64,000 nt of DNA. It comes from an uncultured Chloroflexia bacterium. GTDB taxonomy: Bacteria; Chloroflexota; Limnocylindria; Limnocylindrales; CSP1-4. Below are positions 9,885 through 20,530 of this stretch, in pieces (the stretch's first letter is position 1; each line of letters starts with the position of its first letter). The notes beneath the pieces are model-generated. The model was not told where the DNA came from. It saw nothing but the letters and a program-made list of their open reading frames with translations, and searched no databases. The DNA lies in contig CAVRGP010000011.1 of NCBI GenBank assembly GCA_963720755.1, positions 448,001 to 512,000 on the forward strand, in the 5' to 3' direction. A program made the translations under genes and the position numbers.

Positions 9885-10322
9885 GTGTCCAGCCCGCCGC
9901 ACGCCAAGTTCTTCGTCAACGCCGGCGTCGTGACCAGTCGGACGGACATGCTCCACCTGCTCCGGCCCCTGCTCAAACAGACCGTCACGTACCGTTACCT
10001 GCGCGGTCGCGAGGTCGTGTCGCACGGGACCGGCTGGGTCGAGCGCATCGTCGTCGACGCGGATGACACCTCGACCTACTTCACCCCGCTGGCGATCACC
10101 CTGAACATCGATTCGTTCGAACACCTCGAGTTCGAGACCCGACCCGACCAACTCCTGGTCTACGCCCTCGTCCAGGGTGACGAGCGGATCGTCATGGAGT
10201 TCGCCCCGATCGGTCCCGGCGAGGCCGAAGGCTCGCCGTTCGCCCCGCGGCAGCTCACCTTCGATACCAGTGAGTTCGTCCAGATGGAGTTGCTCGGCCT
10301 CGAAGCCCACGAGGACGAGTAG
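9885..10322 (+). CDS. hypothetical protein
   Basis: 145-aa ORF, GAGGAG RBS, typical codon bias. Confidence 0.7.
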   Translation: MSSPPHAKFFVNAGVVTSRTDMLHLLRPLLKQTVTYRYLRGREVVSHGTGWVERIVVDADDTSTYFTPLAITLNIDSFEHLEFETRPDQLLVYALVQGDERIVMEFAPIGPGEAEGSPFAPRQLTFDTSEFVQMELLGLEAHEDE

Positions 10323-10400
10323 CGGAACGGTCAGGTCGGGTGACGATCGGTCCGGCCGCTCACCCGGGACCGCGCTTCCAATCCGGTACCATCGCCTGCG

Positions 10401-11669
10401 ATGTTCGAACGGACCGCGTTGCCTGCCGGCCCCCGCGTGATCAGCGCCCGATTACCCGCCGCCCGATCCGTCTCGATCGCCGCCTACGTGCTCGCCGGGT
10501 CACGACTCGAGCGCCCCGGCCAGATCGGCGTGGCCCACTTCATGGAGCACATCACCTTCAAGGGCACCGCCGCCTTCCCGTCGACGCGGTCCATCAGCGA
10601 AGCGATCGAAGGTGTCGGAGGCTCGTTCAACGCGGCGACCGACCGTGAAACCACCGTCTATTGGGTCCGGGTCCCGCGCCGCGAGCTCGACCGCGCGATG
10701 GATGTCGTCGGCGAGCTCATCGTCCGACCCCGTCTGACGTCCGCCGACATCGACAGTGAACGGACGGTGATCATCGAGGAGATCCGCTCGTACCTCGACG
10801 ATCCATCGGAGTATTGCCAGATCCTGTTCCAGACGGCGATGTTCGGCGACGGGCCGCTCGGCCGCGAGATCTGCGGCGACGAGTCCGGCATCCGGGCACT
10901 GCCGGCGGCGGCCGTCCGCGACTTCTGGCGGACGACGTACCGGCCGAGCAATATCGTTGTCGCGGTCGCCGGCGATCTGTCCCACGACGAGGCGACCAGC
11001 CGGGCGGCGACGACGTTCGGGACCGGCGAGGGACCGATCCCCGGGGTCGCGCCGGCGCCTGTCCTGCCGGCCGGTGAGCGAGTCCGGATCGGGAAACGTG
11101 CGACCAGCCAAGCCCAGATCTGCCTCGGGGTGCCCGCCCTCCGTCGCGATCATCCGGACAGCTGGACCCTGGCGGTCCTCAATGCCGTCCTCGGCGACGG
11201 CATGAGCAGCCGTCTGTTCCTGTCGGTCCGGGAGGAGCTCGGACTCGCCTATGACGTCTCCTCCGGGTTGGTCGACTACGCCGATGCCGGCGCCCTCGAG
11301 GTCTCGGCCGGGATCGATCCGGCCGGACTCCCGGCCGCGCTCGACGCCATCCTGGTGGAGCTTGCTCGATTGCGCGACGAGCTCGTCCCGGCGGATGAAC
11401 TGGCCAAGGCAAAGCGGTACCTGGCCGGCGGCCTGGAGCTCCGGATGGACGACAGCCGGCACGTGGCGTCCTGGATCGGCGGGCAGGAGGCGCTCCACGA
11501 TCGGGTCCTGACCCTCGATGAGGCGCTCGAGGCGGTCGATGCTGTCGAGGCGACCACGATCCAGCGACTCGCCACCGACTTGTTCTGCGACGAGTCGCTT
11601 CGGTTGGCGGTCGTGGCGCCCGCACGTTATCTGCGTGGCCTGGAGCGAAGGCTCAGACTCCCGTCATGA
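10401..11669 (+). CDS. M16 (pitrilysin/insulinase) family zinc peptidase
   Basis: HFMEHITFKGT (HxxEH), FNAAT, GMSSRLFLSVREELGLAY. Confidence 0.93.
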   Translation: MFERTALPAGPRVISARLPAARSVSIAAYVLAGSRLERPGQIGVAHFMEHITFKGTAAFPSTRSISEAIEGVGGSFNAATDRETTVYWVRVPRRELDRAMDVVGELIVRPRLTSADIDSERTVIIEEIRSYLDDPSEYCQILFQTAMFGDGPLGREICGDESGIRALPAAAVRDFWRTTYRPSNIVVAVAGDLSHDEATSRAATTFGTGEGPIPGVAPAPVLPAGERVRIGKRATSQAQICLGVPALRRDHPDSWTLAVLNAVLGDGMSSRLFLSVREELGLAYDVSSGLVDYADAGALEVSAGIDPAGLPAALDAILVELARLRDELVPADELAKAKRYLAGGLELRMDDSRHVASWIGGQEALHDRVLTLDEALEAVDAVEATTIQRLATDLFCDESLRLAVVAPARYLRGLERRLRLPS

Positions 11670-12772
11670 CCTCGGACACGGACCTCGGCCCCGCCGTCCC
11701 GCCTGACCCGTCGGACAGGGCCGTCGAGCTCGTTCTCGCCCGGATGCACCTTCGATCTGGTCTCCTGACCCTCGCGCGCTCAGAGCTCGAAGGCCTGTCA
11801 GACATCGATGCGATCGATCCGATGGGGCTCGCCGACCTGGCCGAGGTGCGCTGGAGGACCGGCGAGCTGGTCGGCGCGGGCCGGGCGGCCGACGCCGCCC
11901 TTGAAGCGGGGATCGACGATCCGGTCGCGCTGGTCGTCGCCGCGGAAGCCGCCGTCGATCTCGGTCGCCCGAGCGAGGCGCGGCGCGTGGCGGCACGAGC
12001 GGTCGACACCGCACCCGCCACGATCGATCGGATCTTCGCCGGGATGCCGCGCTCGGCGATCTGGCCGCCCGACGCCCACGAACCGCTGCCGACCGCGCCG
12101 ACACTGTTCGATCGTGCTCCCGGGGTCGGGATCATCGTGACCGAGCCGTTGCCCGACGGCGAGGGGCAAGCATCGGCGGCCCTCGATGACCGGTCGGAAC
12201 ACCCGATGACGCTCGGTCTGTGGGCGGGCAACGAGAGCGAAGATCCGGCTCTGCCGACCTTGCCGGATCCGGCCGATGCCTTCGACATCGGGCGGATCGC
12301 GCTGATGGAGGGCGCATTCGACGAGGCGGCATTCCAACTCGGTCTTGCGCTGCGCCTCGCCCCGGCCCTCGCCCCGGCCGTCCTTGAGGTCACGGACGGA
12401 GCGCGCGCCAGGGGCCTGACGCTCGTTCGTGGAGACGCATACCGGCTCGCCGGCCACGAGAGCGAAGCCCGGCAGGCGTATGCGCTCGCGGCGCGCGGGG
12501 GGCTCCCGGAACGCCGGTCGCGGGTTCGCGTCAAGTCGAACATCTCGGGCGCGACCGCGGTCAGCACAGCAGGCCCGGTGGGCGGGGCGGTGGACCACAG
12601 CCCCGCCGGTGTCACCGAGGCGGACGAAGCGGCAGCCGACGCCACGGAGCGTATCGAGTTGGGATCGGTCATGGACATGGAGACGGGACCGATGGTCGAG
12701 GACGAGCCCGATACGGCCGTCGATGCGGAACCGGGACCGACGGCCGAGGACGAGCTCGCGGAGGATCCGTAG
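11666..12772 (+). CDS. hypothetical helical (TPR-like) protein with acidic disordered tail
   Basis: Ala/Leu helical repeats ([20 protein letters not shown]); ATGA overlap with upstream gene. Confidence 0.65.
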   Translation: MTSDTDLGPAVPPDPSDRAVELVLARMHLRSGLLTLARSELEGLSDIDAIDPMGLADLAEVRWRTGELVGAGRAADAALEAGIDDPVALVVAAEAAVDLGRPSEARRVAARAVDTAPATIDRIFAGMPRSAIWPPDAHEPLPTAPTLFDRAPGVGIIVTEPLPDGEGQASAALDDRSEHPMTLGLWAGNESEDPALPTLPDPADAFDIGRIALMEGAFDEAAFQLGLALRLAPALAPAVLEVTDGARARGLTLVRGDAYRLAGHESEARQAYALAARGGLPERRSRVRVKSNISGATAVSTAGPVGGAVDHSPAGVTEADEAAADATERIELGSVMDMETGPMVEDEPDTAVDAEPGPTAEDELAEDP

Positions 12773-12833
12773 CCGGCGGGCGCTATCCGATACAATCCGG
12801 CCCGTCCACGTCCGACCGTACCCCAAGGAAGTC

Positions 12834-13301
12834 ATGCCAGGCACAGAACGGACCCTCGTCCTCGTCAAGCCCGACGGCGTCCAGCGCCAGCTGGTCGGCC
12901 GCATCCTCGCCCGCTACGAGTCGCGCGGGCTCAAGATCGTCGGGCTCAAACTCGTCCAGGTCGATCGCGGCCTCGCCGAGCGCCACTATGCGGCGCACCG
13001 CGAGAAGCCGTTCTTTGCCGGATTGGTCGAGTTCATCACCTCGGCACCCCTCGTCGCTCTCGCCCTGGACGGCCCCAACGCGATCGCCGTCGTCCGGGCG
13101 ATCAACGGTGCGACCCGGCCCCATGAAGCGGCGCCCGGAACCATTCGGGGCGACCTCGCGCTCGAGACCGCGCAGAACATCGTCCACGCATCCGATAGCC
13201 CGGAGGCGGCCGGGACCGAGCTCGCGCTCTGGTTCCAATCCAGTGAATTGCTCGACTACGAGCGCGACATCGATCGATGGGTACTCGCTCCGGGCGAGTA
13301 G
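12834..13301 (+). CDS. ndk: nucleoside diphosphate kinase
   Basis: [29 protein letters not shown]; AAGGA RBS. Confidence 0.97.
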   Translation: MPGTERTLVLVKPDGVQRQLVGRILARYESRGLKIVGLKLVQVDRGLAERHYAAHREKPFFAGLVEFITSAPLVALALDGPNAIAVVRAINGATRPHEAAPGTIRGDLALETAQNIVHASDSPEAAGTELALWFQSSELLDYERDIDRWVLAPGE

Positions 13302-13349
13302 CGCGGATCGTCGTGGCCAGGGCGGCAGCCGCTGACGGCGCTGGCGCGG

Positions 13350-14807
13350 CTACCGCGGTGGGGCCTCTGGCAGTGACCGCTCGAGGGCCGGCGGTCGTCC
13401 GGCTGCATCGGCCGGTCCCCCGAAGGTCCCGAGTGACGTGGCGACCGCGAGGCCGGCCAACAAGACGGCGACGGTGGCTGCCCCGAACGTTCGATTGGCA
13501 CGTCCGGTCAGCCGCAACCACCCCAGGATGTCGGCCCGGTCGATCGGCGTGAGACGTGGTCGCCATGGGTCGACACCGGGAGGTACCCGATCCGGAGCCT
13601 CGAAACCGACCACCAGCAGGCGTCCGTAGTAGGCGATCGGCGCCAGCGTACCGAGCAGGACCAGGACGGTGAGCGGCCCGTCCACGGCCAGATCGACGAT
13701 CGTCGATCTGGCCTCGAAGGCCACCGTTCCGGGGAGACCGACGCTCGCGAACACGACGGCGACGAGCGCGACACCGAGCAGCGGCGAGCGCCGGGCCCAA
13801 CCCCGCAGGTCAGCCACGCTTCCGGTCCAGAATCCGGCGCGGATGCCGGCGACCCAGGCCGCGAACGCACTGCGAGATGCCACGAAGACGAGGATCCACG
13901 TCCTCGCCGGGGTCCAGACCGCGGGGTCGAGTGATCCCAGGGCGAGGATCACGACGCCGGCATCACCCATGATCGAATACCCGAGGACGTGCTCGATGTC
14001 GTCCTGTGCGAAGGCCGCCACGGCAGCCAGGACGATCGTGGCGATCGCGATCGTCTCGATGATCGCCTTGGCCGGACCAAGGTCGACGAGCGTCGGCGAG
14101 ATCATGGCCTCGGTCCAGGCAAGGGCCACGACCGCGAGCGTGGCGGGCGCGATGGCCGTCACGAAGGGCAGGGCCGTCTCGGGGACGGCGTCCGCCAGGC
14201 GAGCGGCCCACAGGTGGAACGGGATGGTCCCGAACCGCAGCGCGACAGCCAGGGTGAACGCGAGATAGGCGGAACCGAGCACCACGGGCTGCGCGGTCTC
14301 GCCATCGAGGTTTCGGCCGAACCACGCCGTCGCGAAGATCGCCAGTACGCCCGCGATGACCACGACCCGCGCCTCGCGGATGCCGACGTCGGCGCTCGGC
14401 GCGCCCCCGCCCGGTGACAGCGTGACCAGGATTCCGAACAGTCCGCCGGTGGTCGCGACGATCACGGCGGCTTGTGGGTCGCGGAGGCCAAGCGTCAGGC
14501 CGCCGGCGGCAAGGACCAACATCGTCATCGCGAGGGCATCGCGCCGAGTCCCCGCGGCCAGCCCGAGGATCCCCAGGCCGAGACCGACGACCGAACCCAG
14601 GACCAGGAGATGTCGCAGGTAGTTCGTCGTGGCGAGCCCGGTGCCGGCAAGGTCGACCATCTGTCCGGGAACGATGGCCACGGCCGCCGCGCTGGTCGCA
14701 CACAGGCCCACCAGCCCGATGACCGTGGCCGCCCGAGTCCGAGCTCGCAGGGCGAGCACCAGCCCGGCTCCGATCATCGCCACGGCCGTGAACACGATCA
14801 GGCTCAT
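13350..14807 (-). CDS. proton-conducting transporter membrane subunit (NuoN/MrpD/HyfF-like)
   Basis: About 14 TM segments; LRFGTIPFHLW, LGYSIMGDAG, LRGWARRSP, ASVGLPGTVAF. Confidence 0.75.
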   Translation of the reverse strand: MSLIVFTAVAMIGAGLVLALRARTRAATVIGLVGLCATSAAAVAIVPGQMVDLAGTGLATTNYLRHLLVLGSVVGLGLGILGLAAGTRRDALAMTMLVLAAGGLTLGLRDPQAAVIVATTGGLFGILVTLSPGGGAPSADVGIREARVVVIAGVLAIFATAWFGRNLDGETAQPVVLGSAYLAFTLAVALRFGTIPFHLWAARLADAVPETALPFVTAIAPATLAVVALAWTEAMISPTLVDLGPAKAIIETIAIATIVLAAVAAFAQDDIEHVLGYSIMGDAGVVILALGSLDPAVWTPARTWILVFVASRSAFAAWVAGIRAGFWTGSVADLRGWARRSPLLGVALVAVVFASVGLPGTVAFEARSTIVDLAVDGPLTVLVLLGTLAPIAYYGRLLVVGFEAPDRVPPGVDPWRPRLTPIDRADILGWLRLTGRANRTFGAATVAVLLAGLAVATSLGTFGGPADAAGRPPALERSLPEAPPR

Positions 14808-15400
14808 CGTGGACCCGCGGGGCGGACGACCTCGTCGGACCTGGCGGCGGCGAGGAGGAGCGCCACCGCGCCGCCCAATGTCGCCACGAGGCCGCCGATC
14901 AGCACCTGGTCGAATGACCCGGGCGTCCCACTCAGTCCGGTCAGGATGAGCAGCGAACCGGCAAGCAGCAGGCACAGACCAAGGCCCACGCGCAAGGTGT
15001 CCCGCCCGGTCACCACCGGCAGGACGGCCAGGCCGGCCACGGCGAAGCCTGCAGCGGTGGCCGATACGGGGCCGTCGACGGATACGCCAAGGCCGTGGCT
15101 TCCGTAGCCCGCGGCGGCTGCCGCCACGGCGAGGAAGACTTCAGTGGGCCAGCCGATCTGCGACCCACCCGTCTCCACGCGATCGCCACGAGACGCGATC
15201 CACAGGAGATACGCGGCCAGGACAGCACCGACGATCCGGGCAGCCAATCCGAGGGCTTCCGGGATCGGGGCGGCGATCGCCGGCGACAGGACCATGACGA
15301 TGACCAGCCCGAAGATCGCGGTCCGTGCGTTCCTGGCGGAGGCCGTCACCACGGCTCCGGCGACGACCGCGAGCGCGACCCCCGCCAGGGCCGGGTTCAC
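14804..15400 (-). CDS. integral membrane protein coupled to the antiporter-like subunit
   Basis: 198 aa, about 7 TM segments, ATGA overlap with downstream gene. Confidence 0.7.
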   Translation of the reverse strand: MNPALAGVALAVVAGAVVTASARNARTAIFGLVIVMVLSPAIAAPIPEALGLAARIVGAVLAAYLLWIASRGDRVETGGSQIGWPTEVFLAVAAAAAGYGSHGLGVSVDGPVSATAAGFAVAGLAVLPVVTGRDTLRVGLGLCLLLAGSLLILTGLSGTPGSFDQVLIGGLVATLGGAVALLLAAARSDEVVRPAGPR

Positions 15401-15410
15401 GGCGTCGGAC

Positions 15411-16010
15411 TCATGGCGTCGCTGGCGTCAGTTCCGGGTAGGTCGGCGTCTGGAGGATCCCGAAGCCGTCGAGGGGCCAGTAGCGCAGCCATGCGCGGCC
15501 GATGACCTGCTCGACGGGGACTGGACCGAACGTGCGTGAATCCGCCGAATTGGCGCGATGGTCGCCCATGAGGAAGAGTTCGCCGGCAGGGATGACCCAC
15601 GTGCTCTGGTCGTCCGGGACCGTCGTCGGTTGGGGTGGCACGTTCGGTGCGACCGAGTACAGATACGGCTCGTCGATCTGGGTACCGTTGATGTAGACAT
15701 TCCCGTCGTGGATCGACACAGTGTCTCCGCCGAGTCCGATGACGCGCTTGATGAACGGGGTGTCATCCTGCTGCACCCAGTCCGCAGGCGGCTTGAACAC
15801 CACGATATCGCCCCGATCGTAGCTGTCGAATCGGGGTGTCAGCTTGTCCACCAGAACGTACTGATCGGGCTCCAGCGTGTGCTCCATCGACTGCTGCTGG
15901 ACCTTGTACGGCTGCGCGATGAACGTCTGGATGACGAAGAAGATGATGAGCGTGAGGACGAGCGTCTCGACGATCTCGAAGAGACACCCGAAGATGGGTC
16001 GTCGGGTCAC
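15411..16010 (-). CDS. lepB: signal peptidase I
   Basis: N-terminal TM, QSMEHTL (catalytic Ser), FIKRVIG (Lys), MGDHRANSADSRTFG. Confidence 0.95.
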   Translation of the reverse strand: MTRRPIFGCLFEIVETLVLTLIIFFVIQTFIAQPYKVQQQSMEHTLEPDQYVLVDKLTPRFDSYDRGDIVVFKPPADWVQQDDTPFIKRVIGLGGDTVSIHDGNVYINGTQIDEPYLYSVAPNVPPQPTTVPDDQSTWVIPAGELFLMGDHRANSADSRTFGPVPVEQVIGRAWLRYWPLDGFGILQTPTYPELTPATP

Positions 16011-16090
16011 AAGCGGGCAGTATAGGGGCTGACCTGACGGACCGCCGCGGGTCGGGCCGGATGTTCGCCGGCGCCGCTGCGCAAACGAGT

Positions 16091-16120
16091 TTGACCCGCC
16101 TTCTCGCGCCTTGCTACACT
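16091..16120 (+). promoter_or_regulatory. sigma70-type promoter of hppA
   Basis: TTGACC-18 nt-TACACT with TG extension. Confidence 0.55.
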
Positions 16121-16258
16121 CGCCGCCGACTTGCAGGGTCTCGCCGCCATCGACACCTGGAGATCCCGGCAGGTACTCCCCAGTCGTTCGCGCCGGGGCG
16201 GCGCACGCCGCGAGCCCGGATCCGGTCACCAGCCCCAGATGGAGGACCCCCTGTCCTG

Positions 16259-18490
16259 ATGGACGCCAGTCAGCTGCAACTGATCATCCTGCCGGCGGGC
16301 ATCATCGCCATCCTGTTCGCGCTCTATCTGGCCCGCGATGTGCTGGCCCGCGACACGGGGACCCAGGCGATGCAGGACGTTGCCGGGACCATCTACGAGG
16401 GCGCTGTGGCCTTCATCCGGCGCCAGTACACGACGATCGGGATCCTGGCCGTCGTCGGGGCGGTGGTCATCGGCATCGTCATCGCCATCGTCGAGTCGGC
16501 CGAGGTCGCGGATGTGCCGAAGCTCGCCGGCCTGCCGATCGGTGTCATGACCGGGTTCGCCTTCCTCGTGGGCGCCGCTTGTTCGATGGCATCGGGGATC
16601 ATCGGCATGCTCATCAGTGTCAAGGCCAACGTTCGCACCGCCTCGGCGGCACGTCGCAGTCTCGTGGAGGCGGTCCAGGTCGCCATGCGTGGCGGGGCCG
16701 TGTCGGGCTTCCTCGTCGTGGCCCTGTCGCTCCTCGGCGTGTGGGGCATCTTCACCTTCTACTCGACCTTCATCGGGGAGGTCACCGTCGCCGAAGCGCC
16801 GTTCCTCATCGTCGGGTTCGGGTTCGGCGCCTCGTTCGTCGCCCTGTTCGCCCAGCTCGGCGGCGGGATCTACACCAAGGCGGCGGACGTCGGATCCGAC
16901 CTCGTCGGCAAGGTCGAGAAGGGCATCCCGGAGGACGATCCACGCAATGCGGGCGTCATCGCCGACCTCGTCGGTGACAATGTCGGTGACTGCGCTGGTC
17001 GTGGTGCCGACCTGTTCGAGTCGACGGCCGCGGAGAACATCGGCGCCATGATCCTGGGGGTCGGCGTCTACGCGATCGCGACTGCGGCCGGCTGGCCGAA
17101 CCCTCAGGCCTGGATCTTCTTCCCGCTCGTCGTCCGTGCCTTCGGGCTGCTGGCCACCATCGTGGCCATCTTCTTCGTCCGCGGCAAGGAAGACGAGAAC
17201 CCGATGAACATGCTCAACCGCGGGTACTGGGTCACCACCCTGCTGTCCGTCCTGGGTCTGTTGATCACGACCGTGATCATGATGGATACGAATGGCGGGA
17301 CCGGGAACGGCGGGTTCCCGACCTGGGTCTACTTCTTTGCCGCGGGCCTGGTCGGCCTCGCGACCAGCGTCGCGTTCGTGTACATCACCCAGTACTACAC
17401 GGCTGGCTCGTACCGCCCCGTGCGCGAGATCGCGGAGGCCTCCAAGACCGGTCCCGCCACGAACATCATCTCGGGCACCGCGATCGGCTTCGAGACCACG
17501 GCCGTGACGGCGATCACGATCGGGATCGCCCTGTTCGTGAGTCATTGGCTGGGTGAACAGGCAAACCTCGAGTCATCGACCGGTGTCAACGTCGGCGGCA
17601 TCTTCGGGACGGCAGTCGCCACCATGGGCATGCTCATGACGACGGCCTACATCCTCGCCATGGATACCTTCGGCCCGATCACGGACAACGCCGGCGGCAT
17701 CGCCGAATTCAGTCGGATCGAGGAAGGTGCCCGTGAGATCACCGATCGCCTCGATGCGGTCGGCAACACGACCAAGGCACTCACCAAGGGCTACGCGATC
17801 GCGTCCGCCTCCCTCGCGGCCTTCCTGCTGTTCAGCGCGTACATCGACAAGATCAACCTCATCCAGGGTCGCCGGATCGAAGCCGGTGTCCCCGGGGCTG
17901 AACTTCTCAACTCGGTCAACCTGGCCAATGTGAACGTGTTCATCGCGGCGCTGCTCGCGGCCACCCTCGTGTACTTCTTCAGCTCGCTGGCGATCCGTGC
18001 GGTCGGCAACACGGCCCAGTCCATCATCGTCGAGGTCCGTCGACAGTTCCGGGAGATGCCCGGGATCATGGACTACACCCAGCGCCCCGACTACGCCAGG
18101 GTGGTGGATATCACGACCGCTGCCGCGCTCCGCCAGATGATCCTGCCGGGTGTCGTGGCGGTCGCCACGCCGATCGCGATCGGCGTCGTCCTCGGGTTCG
18201 AGGCGGTCGCCGGCATGCTGATGGTCGGGACCATCGCCGGCGTCCTCCTCGCGACGGTCCTCAACAACGGCGGCGGCGCCTGGGACAACGCCAAGAAATA
18301 CATCGAATCGGGCAACCTCAAGGACGACGACGGAAACATCCTGGGCAAGGGATCCGAGGCCCACGCCGCCGCCGTCGTCGGCGATACCGTCGGTGACCCG
18401 TTCAAGGACACGGCCGGCCCGTCACTCCACGTCCTCGTCAAGTTGCTGGCCACGATCTCACTCGTCCTGGCTCCGCTCTTCATCCGGTAA
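16259..18490 (+). CDS. hppA: membrane-bound pyrophosphatase, K+-independent H+-translocating type
   Basis: GGIYTKAADVGSDLVGKVE, EDDPRN, DNVGD, GPITDNAGG, GNTTKA (Lys marks K+-independent enzymes), GGAWDNAKK, GDTVGDPFKDT. Confidence 0.96.
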   Translation: MDASQLQLIILPAGIIAILFALYLARDVLARDTGTQAMQDVAGTIYEGAVAFIRRQYTTIGILAVVGAVVIGIVIAIVESAEVADVPKLAGLPIGVMTGFAFLVGAACSMASGIIGMLISVKANVRTASAARRSLVEAVQVAMRGGAVSGFLVVALSLLGVWGIFTFYSTFIGEVTVAEAPFLIVGFGFGASFVALFAQLGGGIYTKAADVGSDLVGKVEKGIPEDDPRNAGVIADLVGDNVGDCAGRGADLFESTAAENIGAMILGVGVYAIATAAGWPNPQAWIFFPLVVRAFGLLATIVAIFFVRGKEDENPMNMLNRGYWVTTLLSVLGLLITTVIMMDTNGGTGNGGFPTWVYFFAAGLVGLATSVAFVYITQYYTAGSYRPVREIAEASKTGPATNIISGTAIGFETTAVTAITIGIALFVSHWLGEQANLESSTGVNVGGIFGTAVATMGMLMTTAYILAMDTFGPITDNAGGIAEFSRIEEGAREITDRLDAVGNTTKALTKGYAIASASLAAFLLFSAYIDKINLIQGRRIEAGVPGAELLNSVNLANVNVFIAALLAATLVYFFSSLAIRAVGNTAQSIIVEVRRQFREMPGIMDYTQRPDYARVVDITTAAALRQMILPGVVAVATPIAIGVVLGFEAVAGMLMVGTIAGVLLATVLNNGGGAWDNAKKYIESGNLKDDDGNILGKGSEAHAAAVVGDTVGDPFKDTAGPSLHVLVKLLATISLVLAPLFIR

Positions 18491-18532
18491 GGAGGTCGGA
18501 GCGGGCGCCGGCGCGTCCACTCACACGATCCG

Positions 18533-19354
18533 ATGGACCCGATCTTCCAGGCACTGATCATGGGGATCGCCCAGGGACTCACCGAGTTCCTGCCGATCTC
18601 CTCGTCCGGTCACCTCATCGTCATCCCGTTCCTGTTCGGCTGGACGGATCCGTTCATCGACTCGCTGGCGTTCAGCGTGATGCTCCACGTGGGGACGCTC
18701 GCGGCTCTGCTCGTGTACTTCCGGGCGGACTGGATCCGGCTCGTCCCGGCCGGGTTCGCGGCGATCCGCGATCGATCGCTGGGCGATCCGGACCGGCGGC
18801 TCGCCTGGTTGCTGGTGGCGGCCACCATCCCGGCGGCGATCGCTGGCTACCTGCTGAACGACCTGATCGAGACGGCGTTCCGTGACGCCGGCCTGGTGGC
18901 CGTGACCCTGGTGGTCGGCGCGGCGATCCTGTGGCTCGCCGACGGCTGGGGCGGACGGGACAAAGGCGTCGAAGACGTGACGTTCCCGGTTTCGATCGCC
19001 ATCGGCGCAGCCCAGGCACTCGCCCTCGTTCCAGGGATCAGCCGGTCGGGAGTCAGTATCTCGGCCGCCCGGATCGCCGGTCTGGACCGCGCCGCCGCGG
19101 CTCGGTTCTCATTCCTGATGGCGACGCCGATCACCCTCGGGGCGGCCATCTTCGAAGCGCGAAAGCTGATGGCGGGCGAGGCCGGCGTCACGATCAGCTA
19201 CGGTCCGCTGATCGTCGGGATGCTGGCCGCCTTCGGAGCCGGGATGCTGGCCATCAGCTTCATGCTCCGGTACCTGCGAACGCGCTCCCTGACGATCTTC
19301 GTGGTGTATCGCCTCGTGCTTGCGGCGATCGTCATCGTGGTCTGGTTGCGGTAG
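18533..19354 (+). CDS. uppP: undecaprenyl-diphosphate phosphatase
   Basis: QGLTEFLPISSSGHL, PGISRSG, ARFSFLM. Confidence 0.96.
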   Translation: MDPIFQALIMGIAQGLTEFLPISSSGHLIVIPFLFGWTDPFIDSLAFSVMLHVGTLAALLVYFRADWIRLVPAGFAAIRDRSLGDPDRRLAWLLVAATIPAAIAGYLLNDLIETAFRDAGLVAVTLVVGAAILWLADGWGGRDKGVEDVTFPVSIAIGAAQALALVPGISRSGVSISAARIAGLDRAAAARFSFLMATPITLGAAIFEARKLMAGEAGVTISYGPLIVGMLAAFGAGMLAISFMLRYLRTRSLTIFVVYRLVLAAIVIVVWLR

Positions 19355-19375
19355 GGGACGGCGGCCTCGCCACCG

Positions 19376-19843
19376 ATGGAGCGCATGAAGGAGCATCGCC
19401 AGCGCGCGATCCGCGACGTCGTGGCCCAGCGGCCGATCCGAACGCAGCTCGAGTTGGCGGCGATCCTGCGGGATCGTGGATTCCAGACGACCCAGGCGAC
19501 GGTTTCGCGCGACGTGGCCGAACTCGGTCTGGTCAAGGTCACCCGCGATGGATCGACGGTCTATGCGTTGCCGCCCCGGCTGGTCGAGGCCGAGGTATCG
19601 GGCGAGGATCGTCTGCGCACGTTGATGGACGACCTGCCGATCGAGATCCATGAGGCCGGCCTGTTGCTGGTGATCCGGACCCTCCCTGGTTCCGCCCACG
19701 CCATCGCCGCCGCGCTCGATCGTGCCCGCTGGCCCGAGGTCGCCGGCTCGATCGCCGGCGACGATACGGTCTTCGTTGCCTGCGCCAGCCGGGGAGCCAT
19801 GCAGCGGATCCGGCGTCATTTCGCTCGTCTTTCCGAAGGCTGA
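19376..19843 (+). CDS. argR: arginine repressor
   Basis: TQATVSRD HTH, RTLPGSA, GSIAGDDT. Confidence 0.95.
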   Translation: MERMKEHRQRAIRDVVAQRPIRTQLELAAILRDRGFQTTQATVSRDVAELGLVKVTRDGSTVYALPPRLVEAEVSGEDRLRTLMDDLPIEIHEAGLLLVIRTLPGSAHAIAAALDRARWPEVAGSIAGDDTVFVACASRGAMQRIRRHFARLSEG

Positions 19844-19894
19844 GCCGGGCGACGCCCGAACGACCCAGCCACGCCGTACGGCGAGGCGGAGGCT

Positions 19895-19923
19895 TTGACA
19901 CGCCCATCGGCTGCGACTACCAT
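19895..19923 (+). promoter_or_regulatory. sigma70 promoter of greA-lysS-serS
   Basis: TTGACA-17 nt-TACCAT. Confidence 0.75.
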
Positions 19924-19936
19924 TCGCACCCGGTCG

Positions 19937-19988
19937 GAACTTCAGGCGCGCGAGAGGGATCGCAGCTTGCCTGGAGTTCTTTCCTTTA
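19937..19988 (+). terminator. terminator-like hairpin in the greA 5' leader
   Basis: GAACTTCAGGC...GCCTGGAGTTC stem followed by TTTCCTTT, between promoter and start codon. Confidence 0.6.
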
Positions 19989-20050
19989 TCGACAGACCGC
20001 AACATCGGTCTACCCACAGCCCGACCGATGACACGTGGGGGTCCCTGACC

Positions 20051-20515
20051 GTGAACAACAAGCCCACCTATCTCTCCAAGGATGGCCTCGCAAAGCTGCG
20101 ACTCGAGCTTGACGAGATGACCTCGGTCAAGCGCCCCGAGGTCGCCAACCGGATCCACGATGCCAAGGAACACGGTGACCTCTCGGAGAACGCCGAGTAC
20201 GAAGACGCGAAGAACGAGCAGGCGTTCGTCGAGGGCCGGATCCAGACGCTCGAAGCCCTGATCAAGAACGCCACGATCATCGAGGAGAACACCTCGACCG
20301 ATCATGTCCAGATCGGTTCGACCGTCGCGGTCGAGAGCTCGGATGGCAAGGAAACTTTCACCATCGTCGGGTCGGCCGAGGCCAAGCCGGCCGAGGGCCG
20401 GATCTCGAACGAGAGCCCGGTCGGACGCGCGCTGCTCGGCAAGAAGAAGGGCGACAAGGTCACCGTGAAGGTGCCGGCCGGCGACTTCGCCTACAAGATC
20501 GTCGGGATCAGCTAG
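20051..20515 (+). CDS. greA: transcription elongation factor GreA
   Basis: HGDLSENAEYEDAK, ISNESPVGRALLG; GTG start estimated. Confidence 0.96.
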   Translation: MNNKPTYLSKDGLAKLRLELDEMTSVKRPEVANRIHDAKEHGDLSENAEYEDAKNEQAFVEGRIQTLEALIKNATIIEENTSTDHVQIGSTVAVESSDGKETFTIVGSAEAKPAEGRISNESPVGRALLGKKKGDKVTVKVPAGDFAYKIVGIS

Positions 20516-20530
20516 ATCCCAGGAGGGCCC

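Noticed and set aside
16125-16258. Structured hppA leader as a possible riboswitch
   Set aside because: Only generic GC-rich hairpins; no aptamer consensus or terminator recognised.
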